DNA of 63,593 bases, the filler included, from Lenisia limosa (Eukaryota > Protista > Breviatea): NCBI GenBank assembly GCA_001655205.1. It is 13 parts of 13 records of this genome, joined end to end, with 100 filler letters (N's around TTAATTAATTAA, not from the genome) between each part and the next. Parts side by side here need not be neighbours in the genome. Positions count along the whole stretch, not along the records: positions 12,062 to 14,427 come from LPNZ01000676.1; positions 14,528 to 17,347 come from LPNZ01004704.1; positions 17,448 to 30,197 come from LPNZ01010343.1; 10 more parts are not named here. One strand, written 5' to 3'. Within the stretch, counting starts at the first letter, position 1, and every line of letters starts with the position of its first letter. The notes under the pieces are model-generated. The model ran no database searches. It worked only from the letters and a program-made list of their open reading frames with translations, and was not told the origin of the DNA. Made by a program: the position numbers and the translations under genes. Below are positions 12,275-25,000 of the stretch, one piece after another.

Positions 12275-13100
12275 AGGTTAGATAGGCGTGGTCGTTGACC
12301 GTGCGGCAAAGAGGGTTGGACTCTTCCTGTTCAAACACACCAGCAGAGAAGAACCGGCCAAACTCTGAAGGGTCAGCTGGTTAATATATATGTCACTGTC
12401 ATAAGGGTCAGCTTGTCATCAAATAACTGTCAGAAGGTTCAGCTTTTAATCAAATAACTAATATCAATATCATATATCATATATATAGTATGTATAATAA
12501 TGTATGAATACACATAAAGTGAGTGGTAAGTCTTATAAAGGCATCCATGGGGAAAGTGCACTGACGTTGGGAAGAAAACATTGGATTATACTATTATTCC
12601 ACGGGGTATATACAAACCATCAATGGCAACTAGGCACTTGGAAGAGACGGAAATGTCCACAATTGAGAATCCTTTCCACGGGGTTTCCAGTTCAAGAAGT
12701 CCAGATTGCTGGGGAATTGGTGGCAATAATTTGGGGGGAAAGAGGAATATGATGACACGTTGGGGAATGGGAATATACTAATCAGTTGGAGTGGGGAAAT
12801 CGGAGGAAGAGGGGAAATTATTAAAGAGCAAAGAAAAATTGATGAAATTCTAAAAACAGTTTCAAATGAGAAAATAATGTTGACTGTGAATGGGAGAAAA
12901 AAAAACAAAGATATAGGATTGAACAATGAAAGCGGAAGTTTGCTTAAGTTCACCGCAGTATAGTCACGCCATTCAGCCCCACCAAAAAAATGTTCAAAAC
13001 TGTCGAAGCGCCAACATTTTGTATGACGGAGGTATACGTCAGGAGAGATGTGCGGCTTTGTCGCTTCGAAGTGATGGAGGACATGAACCTCCTCTACGAA
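12275..13100 (-). CDS. Hypothetical protein exons
   Basis: Protein-like blocks LHHFEATKPHISPDVYLRHTKCWRFDSFEHFFGGAEW, GLLELETPWKGFSIVDISVSSKCLVAID and ADPSEFGRFFSAGVFEQEESNPLCRTVNDHAYLTW, with plausible splice sites. Confidence 0.4.
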
Positions 13101-14427
13101 ACTCTTGCTCCCAATTGTGTTTCACTTTATTACATGGACTCGTTACTTTCACAGCAATAATATCTCAACTCATATTTGATATAGTAGAATACTACGCTAA
13201 TTAATTCTTCTTTGTTCATTTTGGTTCAGAGAAACCCTTTTGGATTCACTAGAAACTTTTTAAGATAATATCATTAAGCAAACTTCCGCTCCAAACAAAA
13301 ACAGTGAAGATAAAGAGGGGGTAATAATAATAAAAGCGAAAAGGAATAATCAAAAACAAAAAAAAAAGACGGAAATGAAAAAGTTGAATACTGAAATACG
13401 AAGAATAAATACCAAAAAAAAAATTTTTTTTTTTAAAAAATACAAATAAAATAAAAAAACAAGAATCATACGATGGATTTTGAGTAGAAGTTGGATTGAG
13501 AAATTTGAAAAAAACAAACAAACAATAAGGTTGTAAGTAGCTGACTGAAGCACACCTTATCATTTTGCTAATTAGAGATTTTGGATTGTGTGGAAAAAAC
13601 ATTTACAACAATATTATATATTTTATGATATGCAGAGAATAAGAATAGGATTTAGCAGTAGAGTCAGAGTTGCCAGGCTGGTTTGCTCACCGTCACGTTT
13701 TGTCCCACGTTGCCATGATAATCATTTATGTTCCACGCAAAGAGCTGGTTCAAGTCTGGGGGTGAATTACAGGAATTTAAGTCGTACCGCTCAACACAAC
13801 AAAGCCCTCGAGGTGAACGATAAACTTGGTAAGAGGGACCGGGGTTACACCACTAGGAAAAGGGAGAATCTAAAGAATGAGAAGTTGAGAGAGGGGATTG
13901 TTTGGTGTAATCTTATATAAGCATATATGTCGTATACTTCGGGTAGCTGGAAAAAATACTATCACAAAACGTGTTGAAATATGAATAGTACTAATATAAC
14001 TATACCATGGAATATAATAAGTAGTATACATAATATTACACTATTACGAGCCATGATCATATCGCTCTGTTATTATTAAGTTGACTGTTCAACATCCAAT
14101 TTTCAGGGAGTGGTGAAATGCCAACATGCACAACAACCACTAACCGAAGGGTTGAATATTTTATCCTCCATTTTGCCCTGATACAATTGCACCAGCTCGC
14201 CACTTTCTAAAATGGTCAATATCCATAGTAATATTATATAAAAGCTATGTTGTAAAAATGCGAAACGAAGAAGAGCAAGGAATGATATGGGTACATTTTC
14301 GCTTTCATTTTCTTCTCAAATGCATAAAATTACACCCCACCAAGGGAAGGGGTACACTTCGGTTCGAAAAAAACCCAGTGAAATATCGATAGTTTTCGAG
14401 GCTTTATCGAGAATTTCATCTTTTATT

Positions 14428-14527
14428 NNNNNNNNNNNNNNNNNNNNNNNNNNNNNNNNNNNNNNNNNNNNTTAATTAATTAANNNNNNNNNNNNNNNNN
14501 NNNNNNNNNNNNNNNNNNNNNNNNNNN
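14428..14527. other. Artificial scaffold spacer
   Basis: 44N-TTAATTAATTAA-44N. Confidence 0.97.
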
Positions 14528-14568
14528 TTTTTCTTTCTTGCTTGGATCTATTTGAGTCTTTTTGACAG

Positions 14569-16549
14569 GTGTGTAGGCGTCATCAATGGTGGGGATGAAA
14601 AGTCAGCAACAGGCCGTAATAACATCGGAAGGCTAATCAAAGAGGTGGGTGTACGCTCATCTTGAGAAGTAGAAACCCAAGTTTTTTCTGAGAATAGGTC
14701 GTGGAACGTATTGCTGGTTTATCCAAGGATTCCTTTAATTTGAAATTAATTGTTCAGAACGGAGGCAAGCTCTTCGACCACCCTCAAGGAATTGACATTG
14801 CCATTGCTGCAAAACGAGGTTTGTTTTGCCTCTTTCCCTGCATGGGGATGATAGGCTAGCATCAAATGCGAATTTCAATTAAATTACTATTTGCTTGACT
14901 GTCTTTTCCAGACCCTCGTGCAGTCAACTTTTCCAAGCAGGGAAACGGAAGAGATGTTCACCTCCCTCGCTTTATCCTAGAGTTTATTGAGAAGAGGACG
15001 AGACCAAGTCCAAGCAGAAAGGTTGGGGCGAGCAATAGAAAGTGTTAGTTGTTCACTTCCTTGGGGTCTTCAATCATCATGAGTTTGATACTTTCTAAAA
15101 TGAATATTATTCTGACTATCATGGGGTTTGAGGTGTATTTTATTCTTTAGTATTTGCTCTTGGTTTCTCCTGAAACACGCAAGCAACTTGCTCTGACTGA
15201 GGATGAATACGGTGACAGTTATACAGTCCCCACAACTCTTTTGGACTTCACTCTGGTGGGTATTGGTGATCAAAATACATTTCAATACTATTTTCAGTTT
15301 CATCTGGAGTTTTCTCCTCTTAAAAACGTGTTTGCTTTTTTGTGGCTCTTTTCTCTTCGTTAACATATTTGTTTTTTTTTGTAGAATAGTGTTCATATTT
15401 GGCTACATATTTGATTCTCTNNNNNNNNNNNNNNNNNNNNNNNNNNNNNNNNNNNNNNNNNNNNNNNNNNNNNNNNNNNNNNNNNNNNNNNNNNNNNNNN
15501 NNNNNNNNNNNNNNNNNNAATGAATTGAGAGAAATTGTGAGTAGGGAATACTTGTCCGATATTTGTTTTAAGTAATCCTCTCTTTTTTTGGATTTTTTAG
15601 ACTCATGTGACCGTATATAACGGCACTTCGTGCACTATTTGCATACAGACATAACAAAGGGTGTTTTTTTTTTGTTATTACTCTGAAACCAATCTGCAAT
15701 TAACGGCTGTTTTTATGTTTCCAGGGACGAGATTTCATTGCTGAAGAAGTCAGCTCCCAATTTGACCCTAAACCATTTGATAACACCATCGTGTTCTTTG
15801 AGCCCAAAGATAACGGGTGAGTGTGGGAGCAATATTGTGGGAGAGACGGAGGTATATAAAAGACGGAGCTTTATGAAACAGTTGATTGTTATCAATGAAT
15901 GCCGGTCTTCTGGGCTGGACCTTTGGTATATCACATATATACAAACGCATTTCAAACCTCGGAATTTGGTTTCGGAATATGATATGATTGTGTTCATCTT
16001 TTTCTCCACCCTTTTCACTTCTTCGTAGCCAAGTGGGAGAAAATCTCAAATTCGCTGCTGCGGGTAGGCATTTCAGTGGTGTATTAGTTATTATTAATTC
16101 TGACAACTTTAAACCTCGTGTTCTTTGTGTGTTCTTTGTACAACAACATTGTTGATCTCCTCGAGAGTTGACTAATATAGTCGTGTCCGCATTGGGGGGC
16201 AGAGTCACGACCAAAAACGAGCCATTCGTTACGCATGCTATTGTTGAAGACTTCGAACATGAGGAAGCCCAACAGATCTATGAACTCTTCAAATCGTATG
16301 GGAACAAAATGCAATCAGGGAGGCGTTCTATGTTAACTGATCTCAGGGCAAGAATGTTTAAGGGTGTTTACAGCAGCGAAGAANNNNNNNNNNNNNNNNN
16401 NNNNNNNNNNNNNNNNNNNNNNNNNNNNNNNNNNNNNNNNNNNNNNNNNNNNNNNNCGCTACCATGGTATAAAAATATATTTTGGGCTCTGACCCCCAGG
16501 GGCGGAGGCAGCGTTTGAGAATGAAGATGCACTGATCCCCAATGTTTAA
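14569..16549 (+). CDS. LIG4: DNA ligase IV, C-terminal tandem BRCT region (5' partial)
   Basis: BRCT1 (VINGG..IGRLIKE|NGGK), inter-BRCT EDEYGDSYT motif typical of the XRCC4-binding linker, FDNTIVFFE, and BRCT2 (VSALGGRVT..FVTHAIV); stop position tentative. Confidence 0.85.
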
Positions 16550-16684
16550 GATTTAACATGGTAGCTTTATTTAAATGTTTCTTATTTGCAAATATATTCT
16601 CCTGTTTCCTGTTGCAATCCCAATGGAAACAACAAAAGAAATAGTATCAATAACACACAGAAATCAGACCATTCACACAGGTGG

Positions 16685-17267
16685 TTATGCCCAAGGAGAG
16701 TTCGATTGAACAACATCGGTCGTATTGTCGTATACCTGAAGGATAAAAATACAGACGCTGATAGAGTAAAAAGCTCAAAAATCAAGTCAATCAGATAAAT
16801 ATACTATACAGACACTGTCAGCGAACCTTCCACCCCTTGGCAGCGAGATCAACCATTTCGTCCTTGTTGTTTTGACTCAAAGATGACAAAAGAGAGCGTG
16901 TCAATGGTCTGGGGGGGTGGGGGGGAGNNNNNNNNNNNNNNNNNNNNNNNNNNNNNNNNNNNNNNNNNNNNNNNNNNNNNNNNNNNNNNNNNNNNNNNNN
17001 NNNNNNNNNNNNNNNNNNNNNNNNNNNNNNNNNNNNNNNNNNNNNNNNNNNNNNNNNNNNNNNNNNNNNNNNNNNNNNNNNNNNNNNNNNNNNNNNNNNN
17101 NNTGTTTGTTATTGCTTGTTTTGTTTTTTTGGAGTTTCAAATTATTCGGTGCCAATATTCTTCATCAAAATTTCCTTCGTTTTACTCCCCCCTCTCACAG
17201 AGTCAGCTGACTTCGAGCTGCTTGGATGACTTGATCCTTTGTGGCTGAACGGAGAATTGACCTTCTC
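16685..17267 (-). CDS. Hypothetical protein 3' end, convergent with LIG4
   Basis: Three exons splice in frame: GRRSILRSATKDQVIQAARSQLT|LPLTRSLLSSLSQNNKDEMVDLAAKGWK|VYDNTTDVVQSNSPWA*. Confidence 0.5.
17120..17200 (+). repeat. Family D1 element in reverse orientation at an intron donor
   Basis: TTTGGAGTTTCAAATTATTCGG...TTTCCTTCGTTTTACTCCCCCCTCTCACAG; on the minus strand this reads CT|GTGAGAGGGGGGAGTAAAACG. Confidence 0.7.
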
Positions 17268-17347
17268 CTGTATTGGTGATAATCTGTTGTGGTGTGTTTA
17301 GCTGTGAAACATGTAAGAGAACCGGTTAATGCATATCATTGTTAAAT

Positions 17348-17447
17348 NNNNNNNNNNNNNNNNNNNNNNNNNNNNNNNNNNNNNNNNNNNNTTAATTAAT
17401 TAANNNNNNNNNNNNNNNNNNNNNNNNNNNNNNNNNNNNNNNNNNNN
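17348..17447. other. Artificial scaffold spacer
   Basis: 44N-TTAATTAATTAA-44N. Confidence 0.97.
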
Positions 17448-19070
17448 TTTTGCCGACAGCCGAGGGAGTGGGGCTTTTGAGGAAGTCATTACAGACCACA
17501 ATCTCATGAGGAGTGTAGGTCCTGGAGACAAGCCACGTCTTCATGTCGCCCTTTCCCTTGGCTTGGACCAGCCGTGACTCATAAGTAAACCTGTCAAGAT
17601 GAGAACCTGATTTAGTCCCATATCCACGATTCAGATGGGCTATTGAAGGAGCCTACTCTGAACGAGACGTCATGAGCTCGTAAGTCGAGTGGCTGATCTG
17701 CAGCCGGCCATGTTCTCCGGTCGATTCGCATCTAGACGTTTAAGTGTAGTTCAGTTTCAAGAAAAGCACAACCCAATTCCCCAGGAAACGCCAGCCCCCA
17801 TAATACCTTGACGCCACGTTGACTGCATCACCAAACAGCAGGAACCTCGGCCGGATTTCACCAACAACGTTTGCTGCCTAATTTGGCGTGAATTGAATCA
17901 TAGCAGTGGGGAAGCAATACTCAGCTTTGTTTCAGTCAAGCGTACCACGGGGCCTGTTGCAATTCCAGCTCTGATGTTGAGGAAAGGCGACATTGGGTCA
18001 GTCTCATCAAACCTGCAAGTGATTACCAAACAAAATTAGTATATTACATGCTATATCTTCAGTGTGTAGTATATATCATTCCTAGCACTCACATTGCCAG
18101 CCATTGAACGACATTGTTGTCCCCAAACCGGAGTTTTTGGCTCTCTTCGATCATGTCCAATGCGCAGTGTACCGCTCGCGTGGCGTAATCCTCCAGCGGG
18201 TCCGGCAGATTGGCTACGCACATGTACTGGTCTCCTGGGCAGTTATGTGATGACGAAGCAAAGATGGCGATGGAGTTAAATACGGGCATCAAAACCCCTC
18301 CCTGAATATCGTTGTTATACTGACAAGGAAAAATTATTCAGTGTACCCACCAGTGATTTCCATTTTGTACAGGCCGTACTTCTTAATGACAGAGTCATAG
18401 ACATTGTACAAACGCTCGAGCATGTTCATAACCTTTGTCCATCAGAATCAAAAACCAATCTCTCAAAAAAGCTGTCCGATCAAATACTCTTAAAACAGTA
18501 GTATCCCCTAGAAGCCGACTCAATTATATTTCGCTCAAAACCATCCCCTCTCCACCATAAGAAAAAACAAGTAAATTCCTAAGTTTACCTTTTCAGGGGA
18601 GTTTTCACTCGACATTTTGGTGTAGTTGCAAATGTCAGTGAACAGAATCTGAAGGATGAAACACACCACAATTGAGAAATAAAAGAGTACCATTGAGTAC
18701 CAAGTTTCTGTAAAATCACTAGTCTAGGCTCTGGGAAGACTAACGGCAAATAATGGTCATGCTTCCACGACTTTTCTCAACGTAGTATGATCTTACATGT
18801 ATGATAAAACGAGACCTTACCGAAACGCTGGGGTACTTTTCAGGCTTGATGTCCGAAATGCGTTCACCTTGTGCAAGACGCAAGGCAATACGCTCCGGAA
18901 GTACCTGGCAATAAGTTATCAACCGTTTTTTATTCTTATTTAACTACAAGAAAACCTGCCTACAGCATTGAGGAGCTCGTTTGTCTCTTCCATCTTCTTG
19001 CGTTCCTTATCCTCAACAACATCCAATTGCGAGAGGAACGTAGCTACTGTGCCCTTCGCACCTGTTTTGA
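17448..19070 (-). CDS. Class III adenylate/guanylate cyclase catalytic domain (about 8 exons)
   Basis: NELLNA|VLPERIA, ILFTDICNYTKMS, YGLYKMEIT|GDQYMCV, NIRAGIATGPV|AANVVGEIRPRFLLFGDAVNVASR|CESTGEHGRLQIS and QAKGKGDMKTW. Confidence 0.93.
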
Positions 19071-22000
19071 GGTTAGACAATAGGCTGTCTGGCAGTAAAG
19101 CTCAGATTAATTTTGATTAGATAGCCAGCTGCTTACGGTCGACTCTCTGCTGATTAATGGAGGTGCTGAGTTTGTCATGCAGCAGAGATGCGCTCTAAAA
19201 AGATAAAACATATTCAAACGAGTAACAGTGAGTGACATTATCTGCTCCTCCAGTAGCTGCATACTTGTAAATAGAACCTGAGATCAGCACCTTCGTCTCC
19301 GTCAACAGTCCAGGAGGGAACAAGGGATAACATTCGAGTGATTCTTCCATCAAGTAATCTGTAAAACATCAACTATCATACTAACGTCTTTAATAAAATT
19401 GCCCTTGCATACTTGACTTGGTTTTGTGCTCTCCTGATAACAAAAAAGAATACAACGCTTGCAAAGAGGAGGGCTGCCAATGTTCCTGTTGTTTGGTGAC
19501 AATAATTTAGGCCTTTTGTGGAACAAAATAATATGAAGAAAATGTTGGATTATTCTTTTAAAAAAAACAATAAACAATCGTGATAAATGTATAGGAAGAA
19601 AAAATATCGATGATAATGACCAACCAGTCATATAGAGGTTCTTCTGCTCAACAAAGTCATCAGAATAATGAGCTTCGAGAATATTGGCTGTTCTACACAG
19701 TGAGAGGAAAACGAGGTGTGGCATACTCATGAAGAGCCTTGGCAATGGGCCGCCCGGCCTCGACAAGGAACTGGATGGAGGGATGACTGGGACCGAGGGC
19801 GTTCTCGTCATCTTCAAGGACAACCTGTTCCGTCACACTTTCAATGACTGCGGTTCTTGTAGAGCATTTGATTTTGAGTATTATATGATAACAAAACAAA
19901 AACTTGAAAAACAAGATAAAACAACGGGAATAAAGACACCATTATTGCCACATAAGACTCACCAGCGCCGCCTGCTGGACCAGCTTCAGGATGGCCTCGA
20001 AGCCGCCTTTGCCGTCGAAGACATCACCGCTGCGGAACTTGATGGGGTTGCACTGTTGGTACATCAGCACATTAAACTCATCAAACCTGGAGAGTCAAAT
20101 AGTTTAGCTGCTAAGGCCTTACGTGTTCATGAAACGGCTGTCTCTCAAGTCGGACGCAATGTTCTTTGACTGCTCAACAGCGTCGCTAAACTGCTCCAAA
20201 CTCTGAGTCAACTGGTTCCTCCAATACCTGCCAGGGTAATTTGGATAAGGAAGATAATGCTAAGAGCAACAGAGAATGTATATTAGGCGCACATACCCTG
20301 CGGTTTTGTTGTTTCTGAAGATATTGTCCGCAGCGAAGCCCATCTGCAGTGATAAATAGCGTATCCTATCAAATAACGTATCCAATCAAACACACATAAC
20401 GTATCCTATCAAACACACATATCAAACACACATAACGTATCCAATCAAACACACGTATCCTTTCAAATGGTAAAGCAATCCCGGGTTTCTGAAAGTGAAA
20501 TGAAAATTATTATACTTGAAAAAGTAAGATATCTTTACGATGATTTAACGTCGGTGAGAGCTTACTTTGAGAATACATGATTCACGCATATTGGCAACAT
20601 TGAAGAGAAGCGCTGAGTCATCCTGCGAAGGTCAATTTCCAATATTGTGGTTATTNNNNNNNNNNNNNNNNNNNNNNNNNNNNNNNNNNNNAAAGACAAG
20701 GAGAATCGTAAATCCCCAGATCATGGAGCCTCGTGGACTGTCCAAATTGAGGCCAATCTTCAAAGTTAAAATGATCATTGTAAATAACAAGACGAATCCA
20801 AGCTTGACCGTTTTGTTATTTGCGATTGCACTCATTTAGATTAACACAAGATCATTTCACATAAACTATCAATGGTACAAAATATCATCGCATTTTTCTT
20901 GCTAAATCACCCTTAGACTATTAAGCCAAAACATTAAACCTTCATACAGGTCTGAACATAACACGTGAGCGTCGTCTCTCTCGGATGAACAGCTGGACAA
21001 TCAGAGACAACAATAAATGACTCCATAACAGGAAAAGTTGGTACCATCTTTCGAACCTCAGTATCTGCAAGGTCCTGGCGTGTTAGGAGAATTAAAAGCA
21101 GCGCGGCAGGCAAGAGAATAATGGAGACTGCCAACACCACACTATACACACTCGTACTGTTGTTAATCTAGACTGTCAAAGCCCACAATCAAACAAAAAG
21201 ATGCCATTTCACAAGACAACATTTGACGATACCTTATCCTCAACGTCTTGTCTGGCCCTCTCATGCACCAAAGACGTCAACGCTGCGGGTGTGAACATTG
21301 TTAGGTATGATGTATAGAACTAGCAAGTATTTGCAAAAGAAGCAACACAATTTCTGTCAAGAAGAGCCCTGGGGCCCGGGGTACCGAAAAGTGCCGTGTC
21401 CATTCTCCAATAGCCATTCTGGAACTTAGTACTCAGAAGAATGTCGGCTGCTGTTTCGATCTAAAAAGTCATTCGGGACCGTCAAACTATTCAAATAACC
21501 TTGTTCCCACTTTTGTTTCATCATCCAGAGTAGCTTTGTCATTTGTAGATGTTGTATACGGATTCTCAGCGAAATCGGGGTAGAGAGCGTCGAAACGATC
21601 AGAGTCTTCCTCGTCCTATTCGTTAACAAAGACTATTATTGATGATGTATCAGCCTCAATACCGCAACATCATCACCAAGTGAGAATATCGATACTAGTC
21701 AGTTGCATGCTTCAATTAATTCAAGGCTTAGAACCAAGTTCAGTTCCCTCAACCTCCCAACCGAAATATCATATTCGAAGTCCTTGAGGAAGGTCACGTC
21801 GGAGTCGGGAATATGTCGTCCCCACTGCGCAAGGCGAGCCGATATCTTCGTCATGTGCACCAGCTGAATGGTCAGAGTTTTGATTGGCCAAAATGGACAA
21901 GAAGGTTGTACCTAAGAAAACTATCTTTTAGAATTTGTAACCTGTCATTTATTTCATGAAATAAGAGTCGATCAGATTAACTCAGTACCGCATTGCTGCC

Positions 22001-25000
22001 GTCAGACCTTTTCAGTTTCCTCGATAACCTTGACGCCGTAAGCCTTTTCATCATCTTTGAGCATGGTCATCATTGTATCGTACATCCTGCGTTCATAAAT
22101 GATAATAATAATTAATAGGGTACATATTTGGTTAATTAATTAATAGGAGTAAAGACAGTGCCCTTATCGAGACCGCTTACGGGTGTGTGCCTGCTACTTG
22201 CAGGTCAACGTATCTGTAGAAGCTTTGGAGGTCTCCCAGCTGAATAAAACGCCGACAAGCAATCACCTAAAACGTCAGAATAAATAGCTTATCATATTGT
22301 TAACAATAGCACTCGTACTTTGTCAATGTAGTTCTGTAAGCAGGTGTTCAGAGTTAGCTGGGTGTAGGCCCTGGGGGGGGGGGAAGATCAGAGTTCATGA
22401 CAGCCTATCGTTTTACAATTAAACAGGGCCATCCACACTTATTGTTTTTGTTTCAAAAATACCATCCCTTCCCATCAACTTTCGCAATGCCACCACCAAA
22501 GAACCAAAGTACGTACCTAACATCGAAGTGGTCCCTGGAATCATTAACCGCAGAGAGCATCACAACCGGAGCAATGGCCTGGAAGGTTACAACAGCTACC
22601 ATCGTTGAATAAAACCGTTCACTTAATGGCCCCAACACCAGCCCACAAACCATGAGGACGCTGCCCATCAAAATAAGAGTCATGGCAAGACCTAAGGACA
22701 TTCGTTGTCTTTGGTACTGTTTCTTCAGCGTACGCAGCTCCCCCCTGCAATATGAGTAAAAGTTCGGAACGAGAAAGGTTATCCCACACCACACCACAAC
22801 ATTATTGAAGATATCATACATACTACTTATCTTATGATTTGTAATATTGCTGCGTACTTAACTTCGTTTGAGGTAGAAGTGGCCAACAGAGCAGATCTAT
22901 ATGAGGTAAAATAGGGGGGGGGGGGACGTCCATCAGCCTAAAAAGTCCTTGCAATGACTTCAGCACTTCACAGACCACCACCCCACCTCATTTGGCTATT
23001 CATCTTCTTGAGGAACACCATGCCGACGACAGCGAAAACACCCAACAGGGCGACACAAAAAACAATTAATACTGGAATAAGGGCCAATTGTGTCTTCTGT
23101 AATTGTCAACAAGCCTCGTTTTCTCCATAGATATGGTACCCAAAAGAGATGCAAACTGGTTCCACCCACAAGGTCATCCACCATTTCGTAATTCTTGTCC
23201 TGCGATCTCGTCAAAAGTAACCTACGGAGTTATCAGCAACATATGGAGCTATTGCCCCCTATGCCAGACAGCCAACTCTTCGAACTGCAAAGTCGGCATC
23301 TTCATGGCCGAGATGTGACTGAAAATCGCGTCATCAAACATGATGCTTCGAGCAAGTAACGTCTGTAATATAAACACCAATCTTGGGTAAATAATACGTA
23401 AAAGAACGCTTGAAAAAAAAGCAATACCTTGTTTCGTGCGGAGAGTTTGAGATCTTCCTCCTTTGTGGAGTACGTGGTTGTGACTCGCGGGTAGTCTTGG
23501 TGGATCTGGGCAGCCCATTCATCGGTACTAAATCGTCATTGCATCTAGAGAGGCCTGAAAATAGAAAACACAAATTGAAAGTGACTTCTTTATTTCGAAC
23601 ATTGTACATCTCATACCTGATATCCCAGTCCTTATCTGCAATTTCCTTTGCAAAATCGAAGTCAAGGTGGTCGAAGGCGGAAACTGTCAGGTACTGTGCA
23701 ATCTCTTGAACATGCCCTGTGATATGAGTGAGACCAAAACAATATTCTGATGAATCGAATAATATCCAATAAGACTATGCCTGGTCGGCAACCTATGTTG
23801 CCATATCCCTTTGGCGTACACGCAGTTCCAGCAAGGCTTTGTGCCTTTGAAACGAGAGCGACCTCCTCCGTTGTGATGTCGAGGTCTGCCAGGCGTCGCA
23901 GAAGTTCATCGATTTTGTCGTTGTGTCGCATCTGAAATCATAAACCTTCAGTTATTGCCGTAGTAACTTATATGATATAGCAATGAGAAATAAAAATAAA
24001 GATGAATCTGGTCGAAGCCGTCCACACCATNNNNNNNNNNNNNNNNNNNNNNNNNNNNNNNNNNNNNNNAATACTTCAATTACGATAAACGCAGGGATTT
24101 CTGTTTTAAAGCCAATCCATATCCACATATCCATTAGACTATTCCGGAACATATTGTAAAAGGTGTCTTGAACGGGCAACTCACGCGTTACGGTTGATTG
24201 TGTCAACTGAGACACTTCGCCTACAACGCTGCTCGTCTCATTCGTACCCTTAATACCAATGGATATAATCTTGCATTCCTCAAGAAATTAACGATATCGT
24301 TCATCTTCAAATTCAAGTTTGATTTATGACACCCCATCGAACAAAACTGAGGGCGCTTCTCCTATGAACCTCACCGGCCTCATAGACTAGGGGATCTCTC
24401 CACCTGAGACCTAGTCCTACTATTGAGCCACTTATAATCTGTTCTCCCATGAGGACGCTATCAATATTTACGATAGTATTATTCTATAAAGCCTTTGATG
24501 TCTGCGATTCTAACTCTCTGGCACCTCCTGAATCTGTGACATAAGACGGATTTAGGAGAGCCTACCTGGGTTATTTTGCAGCGGCTATTGTCATTATTCA
24601 TGAATCTAATCCTTGCAGGTACAGGCACGCAGAAAGCTGTGTGCACAGAGTTGTAAGGCAAATGATTGGGCGAATTAATATTGTATACCAAGATAACCCA
24701 CTTCAGTTGTGGAAGCGGATGTTTGTGATAATTGCAGATAGGGTGGGTAGATTGGGTCAATATCATCAGATATTGGGATAATATGTTGATCAGATATCAA
24801 ATGTAGACACTATTGGTTCCATGTTGGCGTTGAACGAATCCAGATTTGAGACATAATTGCAGATGGTCAAAGAAATATGAGTGAAGGCTTCGTCAACTAT
24901 GTTATGAGGTCAGACTGTATGAACTGGGTATAAAGTGTTGAGAAATCATATGTATACAGCGAATGGGCAGTCCCAATATGATTAATTCGTTGTGCAGCCT

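Noticed and set aside
13249-13602. Phe/Leu-rich ORFs resembling membrane proteins (also 38228-38671 and 60923-61140)
   Set aside because: They are translations of A/T homopolymer-rich low-complexity non-coding DNA.
19684-20169. 161-aa plus-strand ORF
   Set aside because: It is antisense to well-spliced cyclase exons and crosses their introns.
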